A DNA stretch of 64,000 bases from Camelus dromedarius. Its lineage: Eukaryota. The translations under genes were made by a program, and so were the position numbers. Location of the stretch: positions 45,632,001 to 45,696,000 of the forward strand of contig NC_087447.1 of NCBI RefSeq assembly GCF_036321535.1. The letters run 5' to 3'. Each line of letters begins with the position of its first letter. The first letter of the stretch is position 1. The notes under the pieces are model-generated. The model saw only the letters and a list, made by a program, of their open reading frames with translations, ran no database searches and had not been told where the DNA came from. Of this stretch, positions 51,537 to 64,000 are shown piece after piece.

Positions 51537-51540
<4 letters not shown>

Positions 51541-51934
51541 GAGACAACTTTCCAAACCACAATCCATCTCTTCTTATTTTTTTAATAAAATAAGCAACAT
51601 TCGGTTACTTTGTATGTAAATATTGGAAGAGGAGCCTGAAACCTTATTTTCATGTTGCCCTGGGCACTAAGTAACTGGGACTTGTCAGTTCTGAGTTTTC
51701 TTCACACGTAGTTAAGAGGATGGTGCTAGGTTACCTTTGCATCTCTTTCATCTCTGTAATAGATTCTGACATGAATTTATTACAACTATCATATTATTGA
51801 TAAATAAATGTAGATCAGAAAAAAAAAGTGACCTGCCAAAGGAAAGATTGTTACAGGTTTGAGATCACCTGATTCACTATCCTTTCCATTTCCTTTAAAA
51901 ATTTGCTACAATTAGAAACAATGAGCCGTACATA

Positions 51935-52340
51935 GGTTCCAACTCATGGAGAAGAAACTCACCAAGAAAAACACATAGCCAGGATGTAAAAATCAATGGA
52001 ATAGCTCTTTTCTGCCAGAATTTGGATTTGAAAATGTATTAATAATCAAATGTCTTTCATCATCTGTCTTTAGCTGTTGCTTTTCTTAGCCTTGGATCCT
52101 GAGCTGATCCCAGGGCAATTTTCAAACCTATCCCTAAAGAGATCATTACACCACTGGAACTCAGCTTTTTCGAATCATAATGGTATCCCTTGCCTGAGGG
52201 CACACAGCCAGAAAGCACTCAGTTACTTCATAAATTGTTTCCAAGGAATGAGAATCAGGGAATTTCAAATTATGGGTCACCTTCAGAGCATGGTGAACCT
52301 GAGATCATTAGGCGTGAGGAAAGAAAATCTGAGAAATGGA
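51935..52340 (-). promoter_or_regulatory. Candidate distal promoter / non-coding first exon of the 47 kb OR gene
   Basis: Donor TG|GTGAGT at 51962-51957 (minus strand) and O/E-like TCCCAGGG at 52108. The block is homologous to 11800-12200 upstream of the pseudogene. Confidence 0.5.
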
Positions 52341-52505
52341 AAATTTGTAGACTGGAAAGATTGAAGACAGTAATTTAGTCCATTTTCTGGCCTCTGATCA
52401 GACTTGTAGCTTAAGGAAACAAAAGATGTTTATCTTTATAAATATAATGCTACTATATCTGAAACAAAGCTGTAAGAACTTCTACTCTTATTATTATACC
52501 ACTAC

Positions 52506-53166
52506 TGATGCAGGAAAACAGATGTGGGGCATGAGAAGGGCTATGTCCCAGGCTTCAGTTGAGCCCCTGGGACATGCCCTGCCAAGTGTGGGTCCTTGGC
52601 TTCGTGCAGGAAAGAATTCAAGAGTGAGCCAGAGTTGAGTAAAGGTAGATTTACTCTACCTCAGTGTATTCAGAGGGATACATTGAAAGGCAAGAGAAAG
52701 ACCACGAGGTGTGGGGATTGGGTGCTCAGATTAAAAGTAGGTATACATTCCACAGACAGAGTGCGGGCTGTCTCTGAAAGGGATGTGGGGGAGGTGGGGA
52801 GAGAGAGAGGCAGTGGCCACAAGGCACTGTGTTACCAGTTTTTATGGGCTTTGGTAGCTTCACATGCTAATAAGTGGAAGGACCAGTCTAGCTAGCCTGG
52901 GGAAGGGGCTGGGATTCCCAGGAAGTTGGCTATTTCCCACTTTGACCTTTTGTTGCTAGCCTTGGGACTGCAATGGGCCTGTGGGCAAGTTATTCACCAT
53001 ATTAATATATTACAATGAGTGTATAATGAAGCTCAAGGTTTACTAGAAGTTAAATCTCCCATCATCTTGAGCCTCAAGGCCTACTGGGGGTTGAATCCTT
53101 CACCATTTTGATGTTAATTGCTGTAGCATTCCTTGAATGGCTGTGCCCTGCCCTCTTCCTGTCTCA
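52506..53166 (-). mobile_element. ERV1-class solo LTR
   Basis: TG...CA termini with a perfect 4-bp TSD CTAC (52502-52505 and 53167-53170). Confidence 0.93.
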
Positions 53167-53444
53167 CTACTACCACTAATAAATTTGTTTGAAACCATTA
53201 TTAGTTTTCCTTTGCAGTTTCAAAAAACAAACAAACAAATCTACTCGAGATCTCCTGGTGACTTAAGTTTCTTAGAATCTTGAGGAATATACATCAAATA
53301 TGACGTTGGGGTTCTTATCACAAAATCAATGCAGTACCTTTGTATGCCATAGGACATTGTTAATTGCATGCAAAATTATGTCGGAAAACTTACTTTCTTC
53401 TTTTTTATTTCCAGAAGCAGGGCCTGGTGTTCAGTTGATAACAC

Positions 53445-54059
53445 TGATACAGGAAAAAGAATGTGGGGCGAGAGGATGGTAGTGTCCCCAGGTCTCAACT
53501 GAGCCCCTGGGACATGCCCTACCAAGTGTGGGTCCTTAGCTTCGTACAGGAAAAAATTCAAGAGTGAGCCACAGTTGCGTAAAGGCAGATTTATTCAGAG
53601 AGATACCTACTCCATAGACTGAGTGCAGGCTGTTTCAGAAGACAAGAGAAAGGCCACGAGTGCAGGGGTTGGGTGCTCAGTTTAAAGTAAAAGTAGATAC
53701 ACACTCCATAGACAGAGTGCAGTCTCTCTCACTCAAAAGAGAAAGTGGACACAAGACATGGTGTTGCTAGTCTTTATGGGTTCAGTAACTTCATATGCGA
53801 ACAAATGGGAGGATTATTCCAACTACTTTGGGGAGGGGGATGGGATTCCCAGGAATTGGACCATCATCCACCCTTCATGTTTTATGGTCAGCCTTGAAAC
53901 TGTCCCTGCACCTGTGGGAGTACCATTTAGCATGCTATTATATTTCAATGAGTGTATATTGAAGCTCAAGGTCTACTGAGAGTTGAATCTTCCACCATCT
54001 TGGTGCTTGGTATATCTTTCTTTTAATGGTCATGCCCTGCCCCCTTCCCTCCTGTCTCA
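53445..54059 (-). mobile_element. ERV1-class solo LTR, related to 52506-53166
   Basis: TG...CA termini; flanks ACAC/ACAT (3 of 4 match); AATAAA on the minus strand (tttatt at 53590-53595). Confidence 0.9.
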
Positions 54060-55379
54060 ACATGATGTTTGATAATGTGGTATTTATTACATTTAAGTTG
54101 ATAACACTACATTGTAAAATTGAAATTTTCTCACTTAAAAAAAACAGGTAAATATGTGAGGTGATGGATATATTAATTAACTCAATGGGGGAAATCCTTT
54201 CCCAATGTATACATGTATCATATCATCATGTTGTACACTTTAAATTTCTTACAATTTTGTCAGTTATACCTCAATAAAACTAAGACAAATGTAAGAAAGA
54301 TTTTTAACTAAGTCTGAACCAACTCCCTACCTTCAATCATGAGGTGGTATCTCAATTGTGGGTTCTTGTTGAGACTTCTGGGATTGTGTAAGCAATGTAT
54401 GACTATATGTCCCAGAAAATATATATGTCCTATATACCTGATATTTACTAGAATTAAAAGGGATGGATGAAATATCCCCATATCTTTGCTTCCTTATTTT
54501 TTTTCATTGCTTTTCCTACCAGATATGGTCAAGTAATTTCTCCACAAATGGACTCTAAAGTTGATCACATTTGTTTTCCTTTCCAACCCACATTTTAAAC
54601 CTATTCTGCAGATATTTCATCTTCATTTTGTCCCTGTGGTATCTTTTCCTTTAATTTTCTTTCATTTTCTCTGTATCAATTACTTCATAATAAGTTTCCC
54701 ATCAATTGCCTTTTCTTCTGTGTACTTTAAGTATTTTCTCTCAATTTCTGTCTTTCCTAAACAGATAAGCATGTTCCAGTCATATAAAAAATAACCTCTT
54801 TTGAAACCAGAACTCTAGAGACTATCTCACTTTTTATTGAAGCAAAGGTTTTGAAATTGACTATCCTTCATTTCCTCTTTGTCTTGTTTTCCAATTGCTT
54901 TTCTTTTCATCATAACATTATATTATTTCCTTTCTCTTTTATTTCCTTTTCCTCAGTTTGTTGAAATCACCCATGTTTATAATTAGCAACCTGAGCAAGT
55001 ACTTCCTTATCTCCATGGAACTTAATGGGTTCATAATTGTATAAATTATTAACACCAAACTTTGATGTTATTTACTATATTTAGTTTTGCCACCATTGTC
55101 TAATGCTTCATCCTTTATTTCTTGCATCATTCCTTTCTTCATGGATTAATTTTTAAAATGTATGTTGTTTCCCTAGTTCCAGTGGTTGAAACTGTTGGAT
55201 ATGTGTTTACATATATTCTTACATATAAGGAATAATAGATTTAATAGAGAGAAAGGATGCAATATATATGTATACATATATATATGGATATATCCTTGTA
55301 TGTGTGTGTGTGTGTGTATTGTTCCATTGAAGAGACATAGCAATTAGAGGGCATGTAGAAAAAATGTACAGTTAACATT

Positions 55380-56400
55380 GTACTTAATGGTGAAATACTG
55401 GATGGTTGTTCTCTGTTATTAAAAACAAGGTGGAGAAGGGAAGGTAAAGGTATAGCTCAGTGGCAGAGTGCGTACTTAGCATGTATGAGGTACTGGGTTC
55501 AATCCCCAGTATCTCTATTAAACAAATAAATAAATAAACTTAATGACTCCTCCCACCCCCCAAAAAAGGTGGGTTGCTCTCTGTTATTGAGAACAGTGTA
55601 AAGATGTTCATTCTCACCATTTCTATTTCAATATTATAATTCAAGTCCTAGCATATGAAATGAGGATAGAAAAGTAAGTAAAGAGCATGAAAAATCACCA
55701 AGGTCTCTAAGAAAATCTCCTGGAACTAATGATTGGGTTTATTAAGGTAACATGATAAGAGAAAAAAATCAGTGTATAAAATTAATTATATTTCCATTCA
55801 ATATCAATGAACAATTGAAAATTTAAAAATTTAAAGTACTTTTCAATAACTAAAAGAGAGAAATACTTAGGTGTAAATCTACAAAATATGTGTAGAATCT
55901 GTGTTCAAAACCACACAGCACTAATGAAAGAGATGATAAGATCTAAATAAATAGGTTTACCGTGTTCATAGATCTTTCCAAGTTGATTGATAGATTTAAT
56001 GCAATTTAATGTACATATCTTCTCTCTATGTCTTGCCCTTTGCTTAATAGTGTTTTTAGATGAACAGAAATTCTTAAGTTTAAGTAATATCTTCCCAGGA
56101 TTTCATTTTTTATATTCTATTTAAGAATCCTTTGCTTATTCCCTGCTCATGAAGATATTCCCCCCATGTTTTCATTCATAGCTTTGTTATTTTGCCTTTT
56201 GCATTTAGATAAAAAATTAATCTAAAACTAACTTTATTTTTAATAATGTGAGGTTATAGTCAAGGTTTGTTCTTCTCCAAATGGATGCTTAATTTGTTCA
56301 ACATATCATATGCTGAAAAGAACATTATTTTCTATTATATTTTGTGGCATCTTTGTCATATTCAAATAATTATTCATGTATGAGTTATTCTAGATTATAC
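55380..56400. mobile_element. Old L1 with a sense/antisense inversion junction at about 56000
   Basis: Same junction as at 5140 (agatttaatgcaatttaatgtacatat). Confidence 0.75.
55434..55567 (+). mobile_element. Vic-1-type tRNA-derived SINE (camelid)
   Basis: A box tagctcagtgg and B box gggttcaatcc, then an (AAAT)n-like tail and a C-rich end; flanked by aaaa(c)aaggtgg direct repeats. Confidence 0.85.
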
Positions 56401-57369
56401 TTTTTTTACAGTAGAAGCTATTTTTATCTCTGTCAAGACTACAGTATAATAATGAACATAACTTTATGTATGAGACTTAGGATAGCTTACTAGGTATAGT
56501 AGAATATTGTTTTAATTCCTCATCTGAGAACCTAGAACTATATTATAGTGTAGGTAGACAACTCCATATGATACAATTATTTCTATATGTAGAACACAGG
56601 ATACTTACTTAAATTAAAACCTCATAAAAGCATGGCATAATTTGAATTTTTTGTGCTTATTCTTACTAATTGATATAATTTACCCAGGGCTTTCATTGTA
56701 TATATAGACAAGATGTGCTGTGAGGAGATGAAATTTGATGTATGTGTGCATCTTTAATGGATACTTTGGAGTATTTACATAATAGTGTTAAATTATATCA
56801 ATAGTTGAACTCAGTTCAGGTTACTACTAACTGATGTTTGCAATGAATTAAATCCTTCAAACTTGCAAATTCCTCCTGTTTAACTATCGTCCAACTCTGT
56901 ATTTAATCAAGTGACTATGACTAGCACAGTGTGATATTATCTTTCAATGAGTGTATAAAGTTTCTAAAGTGTTTAAGTTTTATAATGAAATGTTCAGTAG
57001 ACTTTGTGCTTCTTGTCTGTATCATTATCCCATACTTATGATGTCATTGCATTGCTTAATCAAAAATTGGAAGATACTAAAAACGGTGAATCACTTTTCA
57101 GAATTAGTTCACTTTTCAGAATTTAAATGAGCATTTGCTTAGAAACTTGCTGATAATTTAATCATATAGCACAAAGAGTTGCAACATTGAAAAGATTTAT
57201 GAAACCCATTAATGGCTTCCTTAAGCTGGTTTGTGATAGATGGTTATATTGGAGAATTTGGTTACTATTAAAATGGCCATGATAATTTACTTTTGGTATT
57301 CATTCATCAGACTGTTGTTTACTATATAATTGAATAATCTTTGATAATTAAATTGAAAGGCAAGGACTG

Positions 57370-59600
57370 AGAATGATGTCATAGAAAACAGTAGAATATG
57401 GAACCTAAAGAATCAGTTACTTCACTCAAAAAACTATAAACTGTCCAAAAAACTGACAGAATAAGCTTTTTAACAATGCCACGGTCTAATCTACACATGA
57501 CAACAAGATGACTGCTCAATGAAAGGAAAAAAAAAGGGACAGCTGAATTTTGATAGAGATTGTTATGGCATTTTTGGTCATTCATCTACCATCTTGCCTT
57601 CTACAGTACAGCAATAGCTGTGGGAATGGGGACCCACATTTCTGTTGTGGCTTGCAGGTACCGGGGGGTGAATGCAAACTTTGTTCCTAAACATTGCAGT
57701 TGTGCATTTGACTTGTCTGTTGAGAAACCAGCACAGAGCATCACCTTTGCTCCCACACCCTTAGGCTGGAGCATATTTTGAGGGGGAAGCAGGGCCTGTC
57801 AAAAAGATTTAAAGACAAACACTGCCTGTGACCACCTAAAGTGAAGCACAAGAGTGAGAGCAAGTAGCAGACAGTTCCAAAGCCCCAAAAGAAGGAGATA
57901 AAGGGAAATGTTTCTGGAGGGTTTATGAGCTCACAAGGGCCACTGCATCTGTCATGGACCATAGTATGCACCACATGTCCAGGACTGGACACTTGCTCAG
58001 AAAAGACCTGAGAGAATCCTAGACTGATACAACTGTTGGGTCTGTGGGCTCCAGTCAAATAGGAGGTAGAAGCTAAAGCAAAGTTGTCGGTGGCTTGGCT
58101 CAGCTCTGCCTTGAAGGAGCGACACAAATCAAGGCCAAGCTGCAAAGTGTGGGAGGGTAGTTCTCTCATTCAGAGATCAGTGAGGCTATTCTCATTTTGC
58201 GTGATCAGCTTTAAAATACCAAAACCAGATAAAGACATAGCAGGGATGAAATTTAAGACGAATATCCTTTATGAATATAGTTGCAAAATTTCTCAACAAA
58301 ATTTGAGCTAACTGAATCCAATAGCATATTAAAGGATTATACACCATAACCAAGTGGGATATATTTCAGGAATGCAAGTGTAGCTCGACAACAACAACAA
58401 AATCAATATAATAAACCACATTAATAGAACAAAAGAAATAAACAAAAAATAGCACATGGCCATCTTAGTTGGTACAGAAAAACATTTGACACAATCTAAC
58501 ATTCTTTCATGATAAAAACACTCAGAAAACTAGAAGTAGAGGAAAACTTCCTCAACAAGCTAAAAGACATTTATGAAAAGTCCATGGCTAACTTTATATA
58601 CAATGGTAAAAGACTGAAAACTTTTCCCCTAATGTCAGGGTATATGAAAAGGTGCTCGCCATCACTTATCATTAGGGAAATGCAAATCAGAACCACAATT
58701 AACTATCACCTCACATCTGTTAGAATGGCTGTTATCAAAAAGTCAGAAGTTTACAAGTGTTNNNNNNNNNNNNNNNNNNNNNNNNNNNNNNNNNNNNNNN
58801 NNNNNNNNNNNNNNNNNNNNNNNNNNNNNNNNNNNNNNNNNNNNNNNNNNNNNNNNNNNNNNNNNNNNNNNNNNNNNNNNNNNNNNNNNNNNNNNNNNNN
58901 NNNNNNNNNNNNNNNNNNNNNNNNNNNNNNNNNNNNNNNNNNNNNNNNNNNNNNNNNNNNNNNNNNNNNNNNNNNNNNNNNNNNNNNNNNNNNNNNNNNN
59001 NNNNNNNNNNNNTGAAAGGTGAATGANNNNNNNNNNNNNNNNNNNNNNNNNNNNNNNNNNNNNNNNNNNNNNNNNNNNNNNNNNNNNNNNNNNNNNNNNN
59101 NNNNNNNNNNNNNNNNNNNNNNNNNNNNNNNNNNNNNNNNNNNNNNNNNNNNNNNNNNNNNNNNNNNNNNNNNNNNNNNNNNNNNNNNNNNNATGTTGAA
59201 TCTTAAAAAAAAAAAACAAAAACTCACCAAAAAACTGTCAAAGTCATGAGTCATAGTAACAGAGAAAAGAATGATGGCTACCAGAGGCTATGGCATGAGG
59301 GGAAAAGGGAGATATTGATCAAAGTGTACAAACTTTCAGTTATAAGTTGAACATATTCTAGAGACGTAATGCACAGCATGGTGACTATAGTTAATAATGT
59401 GTTGTACACTTGATATTTACTAAGAGAGTAGATCTCCAGTGTTCTCACCACAACCCAAAAAGTAACTGTGTGAGAAGATGGTTATGTTAGTTTCCTCCTA
59501 GTAGTATTTTCAGAATGTGTATGTCCAGTTTTAAAAAACTGCATGTTTATATATAATATATATTATATATACAATTTTTACTTTTCAAAAATAATTGAAG
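57370..59600 (+). mobile_element. Composite L1 (5' region, ORF2 pieces, 3' end) with two N-gaps
   Basis: The ORF 58509..59015 translates as L1 ORF2-like (MIKTLRKLEVEENFLN...EMQIRTTINYHLTSVRMAVIKK); an L1MA-type 3' UTR lies at 59230-59600. Confidence 0.8.
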
Positions 59601-60567
59601 AAAAAATTTAGTTGCATTTTAGATATAAGGATATTCAGGTTTTATATTTCTTCTTTTCCAATTTTTGTAATTTATGTCTTTCAAGAATTGTGCTTATTTT
59701 ATTTATATTGTTGAATTCATTGGTACTAATTTATTCACAATGTTCCATTGTTGATATTTTAATGTATGTGCTATGTAGTAATAAGTCTTTTTTTTTTCTT
59801 TGTGTCATTGATTTTTATTCTCTCTCTCTCTCTGGCTCTTCTTCTATAATTTGCTTCATATTTTATTAATGCATGTTCCATTATTATCATTTCTTTCACC
59901 TTATTTATATTTAATTTGCTCTTATTTTTTCTTACTTTTTAATAACAATATAATGTACATTCATTTCAAGGATACACAAAATAGACCTTAAGCTGGGATG
60001 TAATGAAGTATTAACACATTTCAAATATTTAATATTGTAAAGAGTGCATTTTCTGTCTAAGTTAGAATTTAAAAACATTATTCAATATTTTAAATATTTG
60101 GAAATCAAGCAGCACATGTCTCAATATCTCACTCGATAACACAGAAATCACAATGAATATTAGTCTTATTTTAATTGAATAAGAATGAAAATACAGAATG
60201 TCAAATGTATGATATGCAACAAAATCAATGGTTAAAATAAATTCATAATTGAAACCATATACATTCCAAAACAGAAAGTTTGAAAACTAACAAAGTGTTC
60301 TTATGAAGAATTAAAAGAACTACAAATTAAAAATAAAGATAATAAAAGGAAGAGATGATAAAGATTAAATTAGAAGTGAAATGCATTATAGATAGAGAGC
60401 TAATATCAGTGTTAACTTGAACATTTTTTATGTCAACCTACCTGTAGTCTTGGAAATAAATGCCTCTCAGAGAATGATGATGTGAAATCCCAACAGTTAA
60501 AAACAGAATCCAAATTCTTTCCGTTTGTAGAAAATAATTCTCTACATGATTGCAGTCACTTGATAGA

Positions 60568-61518
60568 TCACTGCTGGGATCCATGATTCAGAAGAAAAAT
60601 TTGTGTCACACGTTTACAAATTACCTTATTTTTTACACCATAGACAATAGGGTTGAGTGCCGGTGGCACAAGAAGGTAGATGGTAGACAGAAGTATGTGG
60701 GTAGAGGGGACAACATGTCCGAACCGATGGCTGAAGAAGGAGAAGAAGGCAAGAATATAAAACTCAAGGAAAACAAAAATGTGAGCTGTACAGGTATTGA
60801 ATGCTTTGAGCCGTGCCTCCTTTTGACGTAGGCGAAAAACAGCCTGGAAAATAAGGATATAGGAAATGAGGATAAAAATCATGTCAAATCCCAGAATTGT
60901 AAAACCCACGAAAAGACCACATGTTTTATTGACTTGGATGTCTTCTGCAGCCAGCTTGACCACAGCCATGTGCTCACAGTAAGAGTGGGCAATTACAGTG
61001 GAATGGAAAAGGTGCAGTCTTTTGATCAGAATGGGTAACAGACCAACCAGCACTGTAGCTCGTATTGCCACTATCACTATCATGCGACCCAAGACTGAAG
61101 GTGTGAGGATGGATGTGTGCCTCAGAGGATCACAGATGGCAATGTAGCGGTCAAAGGCCATGGCCAATAGAATGCCAGACTCCATGCACTGCAAGGCATG
61201 AATGAAGAATAGCTGGGCTAGGCAAGTGTTAAAGGCCATAGAGTAAGATCTGAACCAGAAGATAGCCAACATCTTGGGAGCAATGGCTGCACAGAGTCCT
61301 ATGTCGGTGGCTGCCAGCACAGCCAAGAAGATGTACATGGGCTGGTGCAGGCTGCGTTCTGTAGGGATGATGATTAGTAAAATGATATTTCCCCAAAGAG
61401 CCACTAGGCACACAGAAAAGAAAGGAAACCCAATCCAAAACTGCACATGTTCTAGTCCAGGAATTCCAATCAAGATTACGGTTCTGGGGTTCAAATATGA
61501 TATGTTAATGGATGCCAT
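60568..61518 (-). CDS. OR52A-like class I olfactory receptor, intact, 316 aa
   Basis: MASINISY...MAFDRYIAICDPLRH...HSYCEHM...KAFNTCTAH...PPALNPIVYG, with a TGA stop at 60568-60570. Confidence 0.96.
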   Translation of the reverse strand: MASINISYLNPRTVILIGIPGLEHVQFWIGFPFFSVCLVALWGNIILLIIIPTERSLHQPMYIFLAVLAATDIGLCAAIAPKMLAIFWFRSYSMAFNTCLAQLFFIHALQCMESGILLAMAFDRYIAICDPLRHTSILTPSVLGRMIVIVAIRATVLVGLLPILIKRLHLFHSTVIAHSYCEHMAVVKLAAEDIQVNKTCGLFVGFTILGFDMIFILISYILIFQAVFRLRQKEARLKAFNTCTAHIFVFLEFYILAFFSFFSHRFGHVVPSTHILLSTIYLLVPPALNPIVYGVKNKVICKRVTQIFLLNHGSQQ

Positions 61519-61558
61519 AGAGGTTGATGTTCTGTCTTCTCACCACTGATTCTGATAC

Positions 61559-61571
61559 CTGCAGAAGAAAA
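61559..61571 (-). promoter_or_regulatory. Splice acceptor of the OR coding exon
   Basis: The minus strand reads ttttcttctgcAG|gtatcagaatcag, 40 nt upstream of the ATG at 61518. Confidence 0.7.
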
Positions 61572-62002
61572 CTTGGATGGGAAGTCAAAAGTCTTCAGGT
61601 TTCACTGTCATGCAACCATACTGAGCATTGAGCAAATAAGTTCAGTGCCTTGGATGACAGTTTGGCCAGTATCTTCTACAACACCTGCCAAATGGCAGAA
61701 GCAAACAATCTTTTCGAGAGCTGGAAAATGGGAAAGTGTCAGGATTCTTGATGTCACTCTTAGCTCTTGTGGAAATGAAAACCATGAAACTGAGAGCCCC
61801 AACCTTTGACATCTTCCTTGAGCTCTAGCCTAGTTTGCCTGAAATGCTGGCATTCATTGTCCCTTATGTACTTCTAGATGCCATTTTCATAACAGTTGGT
61901 AATTCTTCTGGGAGCCTTGGTGTCCTAAAAGAAATCCTGTTTCTCTGGTCCTGTGACCATTAGTAGGTAATCCTGGGGGAACTTTCAGTATTAGCCACAC
62001 TG

Positions 62003-62062
62003 CTCCTGGGCCCAGAGAATGAATTGTTTATCCCTGAGTCATTCGCATTGGTTCTCAAATGG
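62003..62062 (-). promoter_or_regulatory. Candidate OR promoter block, paralogue of 9121-9180
   Basis: ctcctgggcccagagaatgaattgtttatccctgagtcattcgcattggttctcaaatgg retains the same three motifs. Confidence 0.55.
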
Positions 62063-63358
62063 ACTTTGTCAGAACAGAGTTCACCTTTCTTGTGTTAATT
62101 CATTTCTTTATTTAAGTATAGAGCAGACTACTTTTTTTTTTAACAGTAAATGTGGCCCTGAGTGGAGATTTGAAGAATATGGTCTTCTTTCAGACACAGC
62201 CAGGTCAGCTTGGTTTTCTAAGTGAATTAAGGCCCAGTTATGTTTAGGGTAGATGTGTTGAGTGGAATAGGGAGTGTGAAATAGAGAAGCTGTTTTTGTT
62301 TGTTTTGGTTTTGGTTTTGGTTTTGGTTTTTTACCAGTGTTCAGGGGATTGAGAGAGAAGTGAACGCAGAAAAACAATACAGAGGTGCCAAATTCAAGAA
62401 GAATGGACTACCTAAAATAGCATATACACGCAGGATCTGGCTAGTTTCGACATATCTTAAGCTAGATCTAGATTAGCATAATAATGTTTTTTTCCCCCTC
62501 AGAGATTCAAGATTAGTGGATTGCTAGGTTTCTTGAGCTCTGAGTAAGATCACATATCCTTCTGTGCATAGTGGACTCCCTACTTTTTCTTTTTAAAATT
62601 TTTACATTGTACTGCGAGTGATTAGCTGTGGCTTGAATCCTGAAGATCGTTTGGTATAATGCTCTTAATACCTCTCTAGATCAACAGTCTTTCCAGATTA
62701 TGATTCATATTTTTGGGGGGATGATTTGAATACATTTAATAATAGTTTCTCTATTTTTCTCCTTTTAGTCTTAGTTTCATTAATCACACTCTAATATTTT
62801 AATCATTTTACATTTTTCTATCTTCCATCTTTGCCTAAACACTGATCCCAGTTGCTTCAACAAAGAGATTAACTCAGAACTGGTCACCTCTATACAACCT
62901 AGAAACAAGTTCTTTATGACTTTGTCAACCTAGAAGTGTTAGGAGGCAAAAGTCAAGCAAAAGTGTTTATTTGGGATCTAAGAATTGCAATTTCAGGTAC
63001 CAGATGTCAGGAGCAACTCCTATAGTGTCCCACTAGGGGGAAAAATTGGAGATTTTTAAAGACAAAAAGGGGAATATTTGCATAATTTACTTACAAAGAA
63101 TTTTGAGTGGTGTGGAGGCAGAAAGCTGGTCTTGTGAGTGTAGAGAAAAACATAATGAGTGTGTTTTTATTTTATCTAGTATTCAGCAAGTAGTTAAAAT
63201 CAAGGACTGGAAAATCAGAAAATGACCTGTCTACTAATTCTGGATACCTCACTTACTATTTATGAAATCTTGCTAAAGCACTGTACTTATTACTAATTGC
63301 TCATCTGTAAATTAAGGACACTATCCTTACTTAGCTGAGTGTTAAATGAGATCATGTA

Positions 63359-63817
63359 TGTTGACTGAAAAAAAAAAAAGTGCAACATAAGAACAGTGAG
63401 TTTCAGTTACGTTCGGGGACCTTACTAAAGACTGTAGCTTGGACTACAGCCTGTCAATAGGAACTGTTCCAAAGAGTTAGGGGAGGAGCCAGTATATATA
63501 TAAATTTTGGGTCTGGCAAATATTTGTAGTCAAGAGAAAAAAGATTACTGCTAATCACAAAGAATAGATATCCCAAGTTAATGATCTTAGTGCTTTTCTG
63601 TGTATGTGAAGATACAAGAATCTGGGGTTATTGGATTTTTTCCTTAGATGTTAACTATCTAAGGGCCCATGTATGCAAAGCACAGAATGCTTCATCTCAT
63701 TTTTTCCATCATGAATTCCCCTCAGGAAGCACTGTCCTTGACTGCAGTGGATTGGTTACAAGTTAACCCTTTGTATAAAGGGACAATGAGCACCATTCTT
63801 TATTCTTTTTGTTTACA
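63359..63817. mobile_element. ERV1-class solo LTR inserted in a MIR
   Basis: TGTTGAC...GTTTACA termini and ERV1 LTR-like body; MIR text resumes after 63817. Confidence 0.75.
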
Positions 63818-64000
63818 TATGTAGAGCAGATTATTGTCCGGAACAATTTGAATCCTTAATGTATGGTAGCTTATAGAAAGCCTAGTTATTTTGTCAAGGC
63901 AGAAACAGGCTGTGGAATAATGAGGAGAGATAAAACAAAGTACAGAGAAGTGAAAATTTATTGATGATAGTACTAAAGAAAACTCCATGAGAAGAAGAAA

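Noticed and set aside
52506-54059. A single deleted provirus with two LTRs
   Set aside because: Each LTR has its own flanking duplication, they differ by several indels, and the 278-bp spacer shows no primer-binding site or polypurine tract.
55445-55512. tRNA-like sequence with A and B boxes
   Set aside because: It is followed by a SINE tail and flanked by direct repeats, so it is a tRNA-derived SINE, not a tRNA gene.
63026-63044. CTCF-like motif CCACTAGGGGG (a weaker one lies at about 35475)
   Set aside because: It lacks the strongly conserved C after the G run and lies in an LTR-like fragment; a ChIP signal or PWM score would be needed.
1-64000. J-, H- or P-element-type OR cluster enhancer
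   Set aside because: I did not see the extended homeodomain motif AACTTTTTAATGA next to O/E sites. The one AAACTTTTC I noticed (about 58618) lies inside an L1. An exhaustive motif scan was not possible.

Overview
Mammalian genomic DNA from a class I olfactory receptor (OR52 family) cluster. A camelid origin is likely, because the window holds a Vic-1-type tRNA-derived SINE and two young camelid-type L1 3' ends. There are six full-length single-coding-exon OR loci: three OR52A-like genes on the minus strand (one is a frameshifted pseudogene), two OR52Z-like genes on the plus strand, and one OR52AE-like gene on the plus strand with an open frame but loss of the ECL2 cysteine. A decayed 5' OR fragment is also present. 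The intergenic DNA is mostly L1, L2, MIR, Tigger and ERV LTR remnants, with six N-gaps inside repeats. I found no convincingly new biological system. The best non-obvious signals are two sharply bounded gene-conversion tracts between paralogues, an ancient duplicon marked by a shared inverted-L1 junction, paralog-conserved promoter and first-exon blocks (one with a lost splice donor in the pseudogene), twin solo LTRs pointing at an OR gene (the nearer one with a broken poly(A) signal), and a retrocopied mRNA 3' end with target-site duplication (TSD). Subfamily names come from my recollection of mouse and human orthologues, not from a database search. Boundaries of old repeats are approximate.
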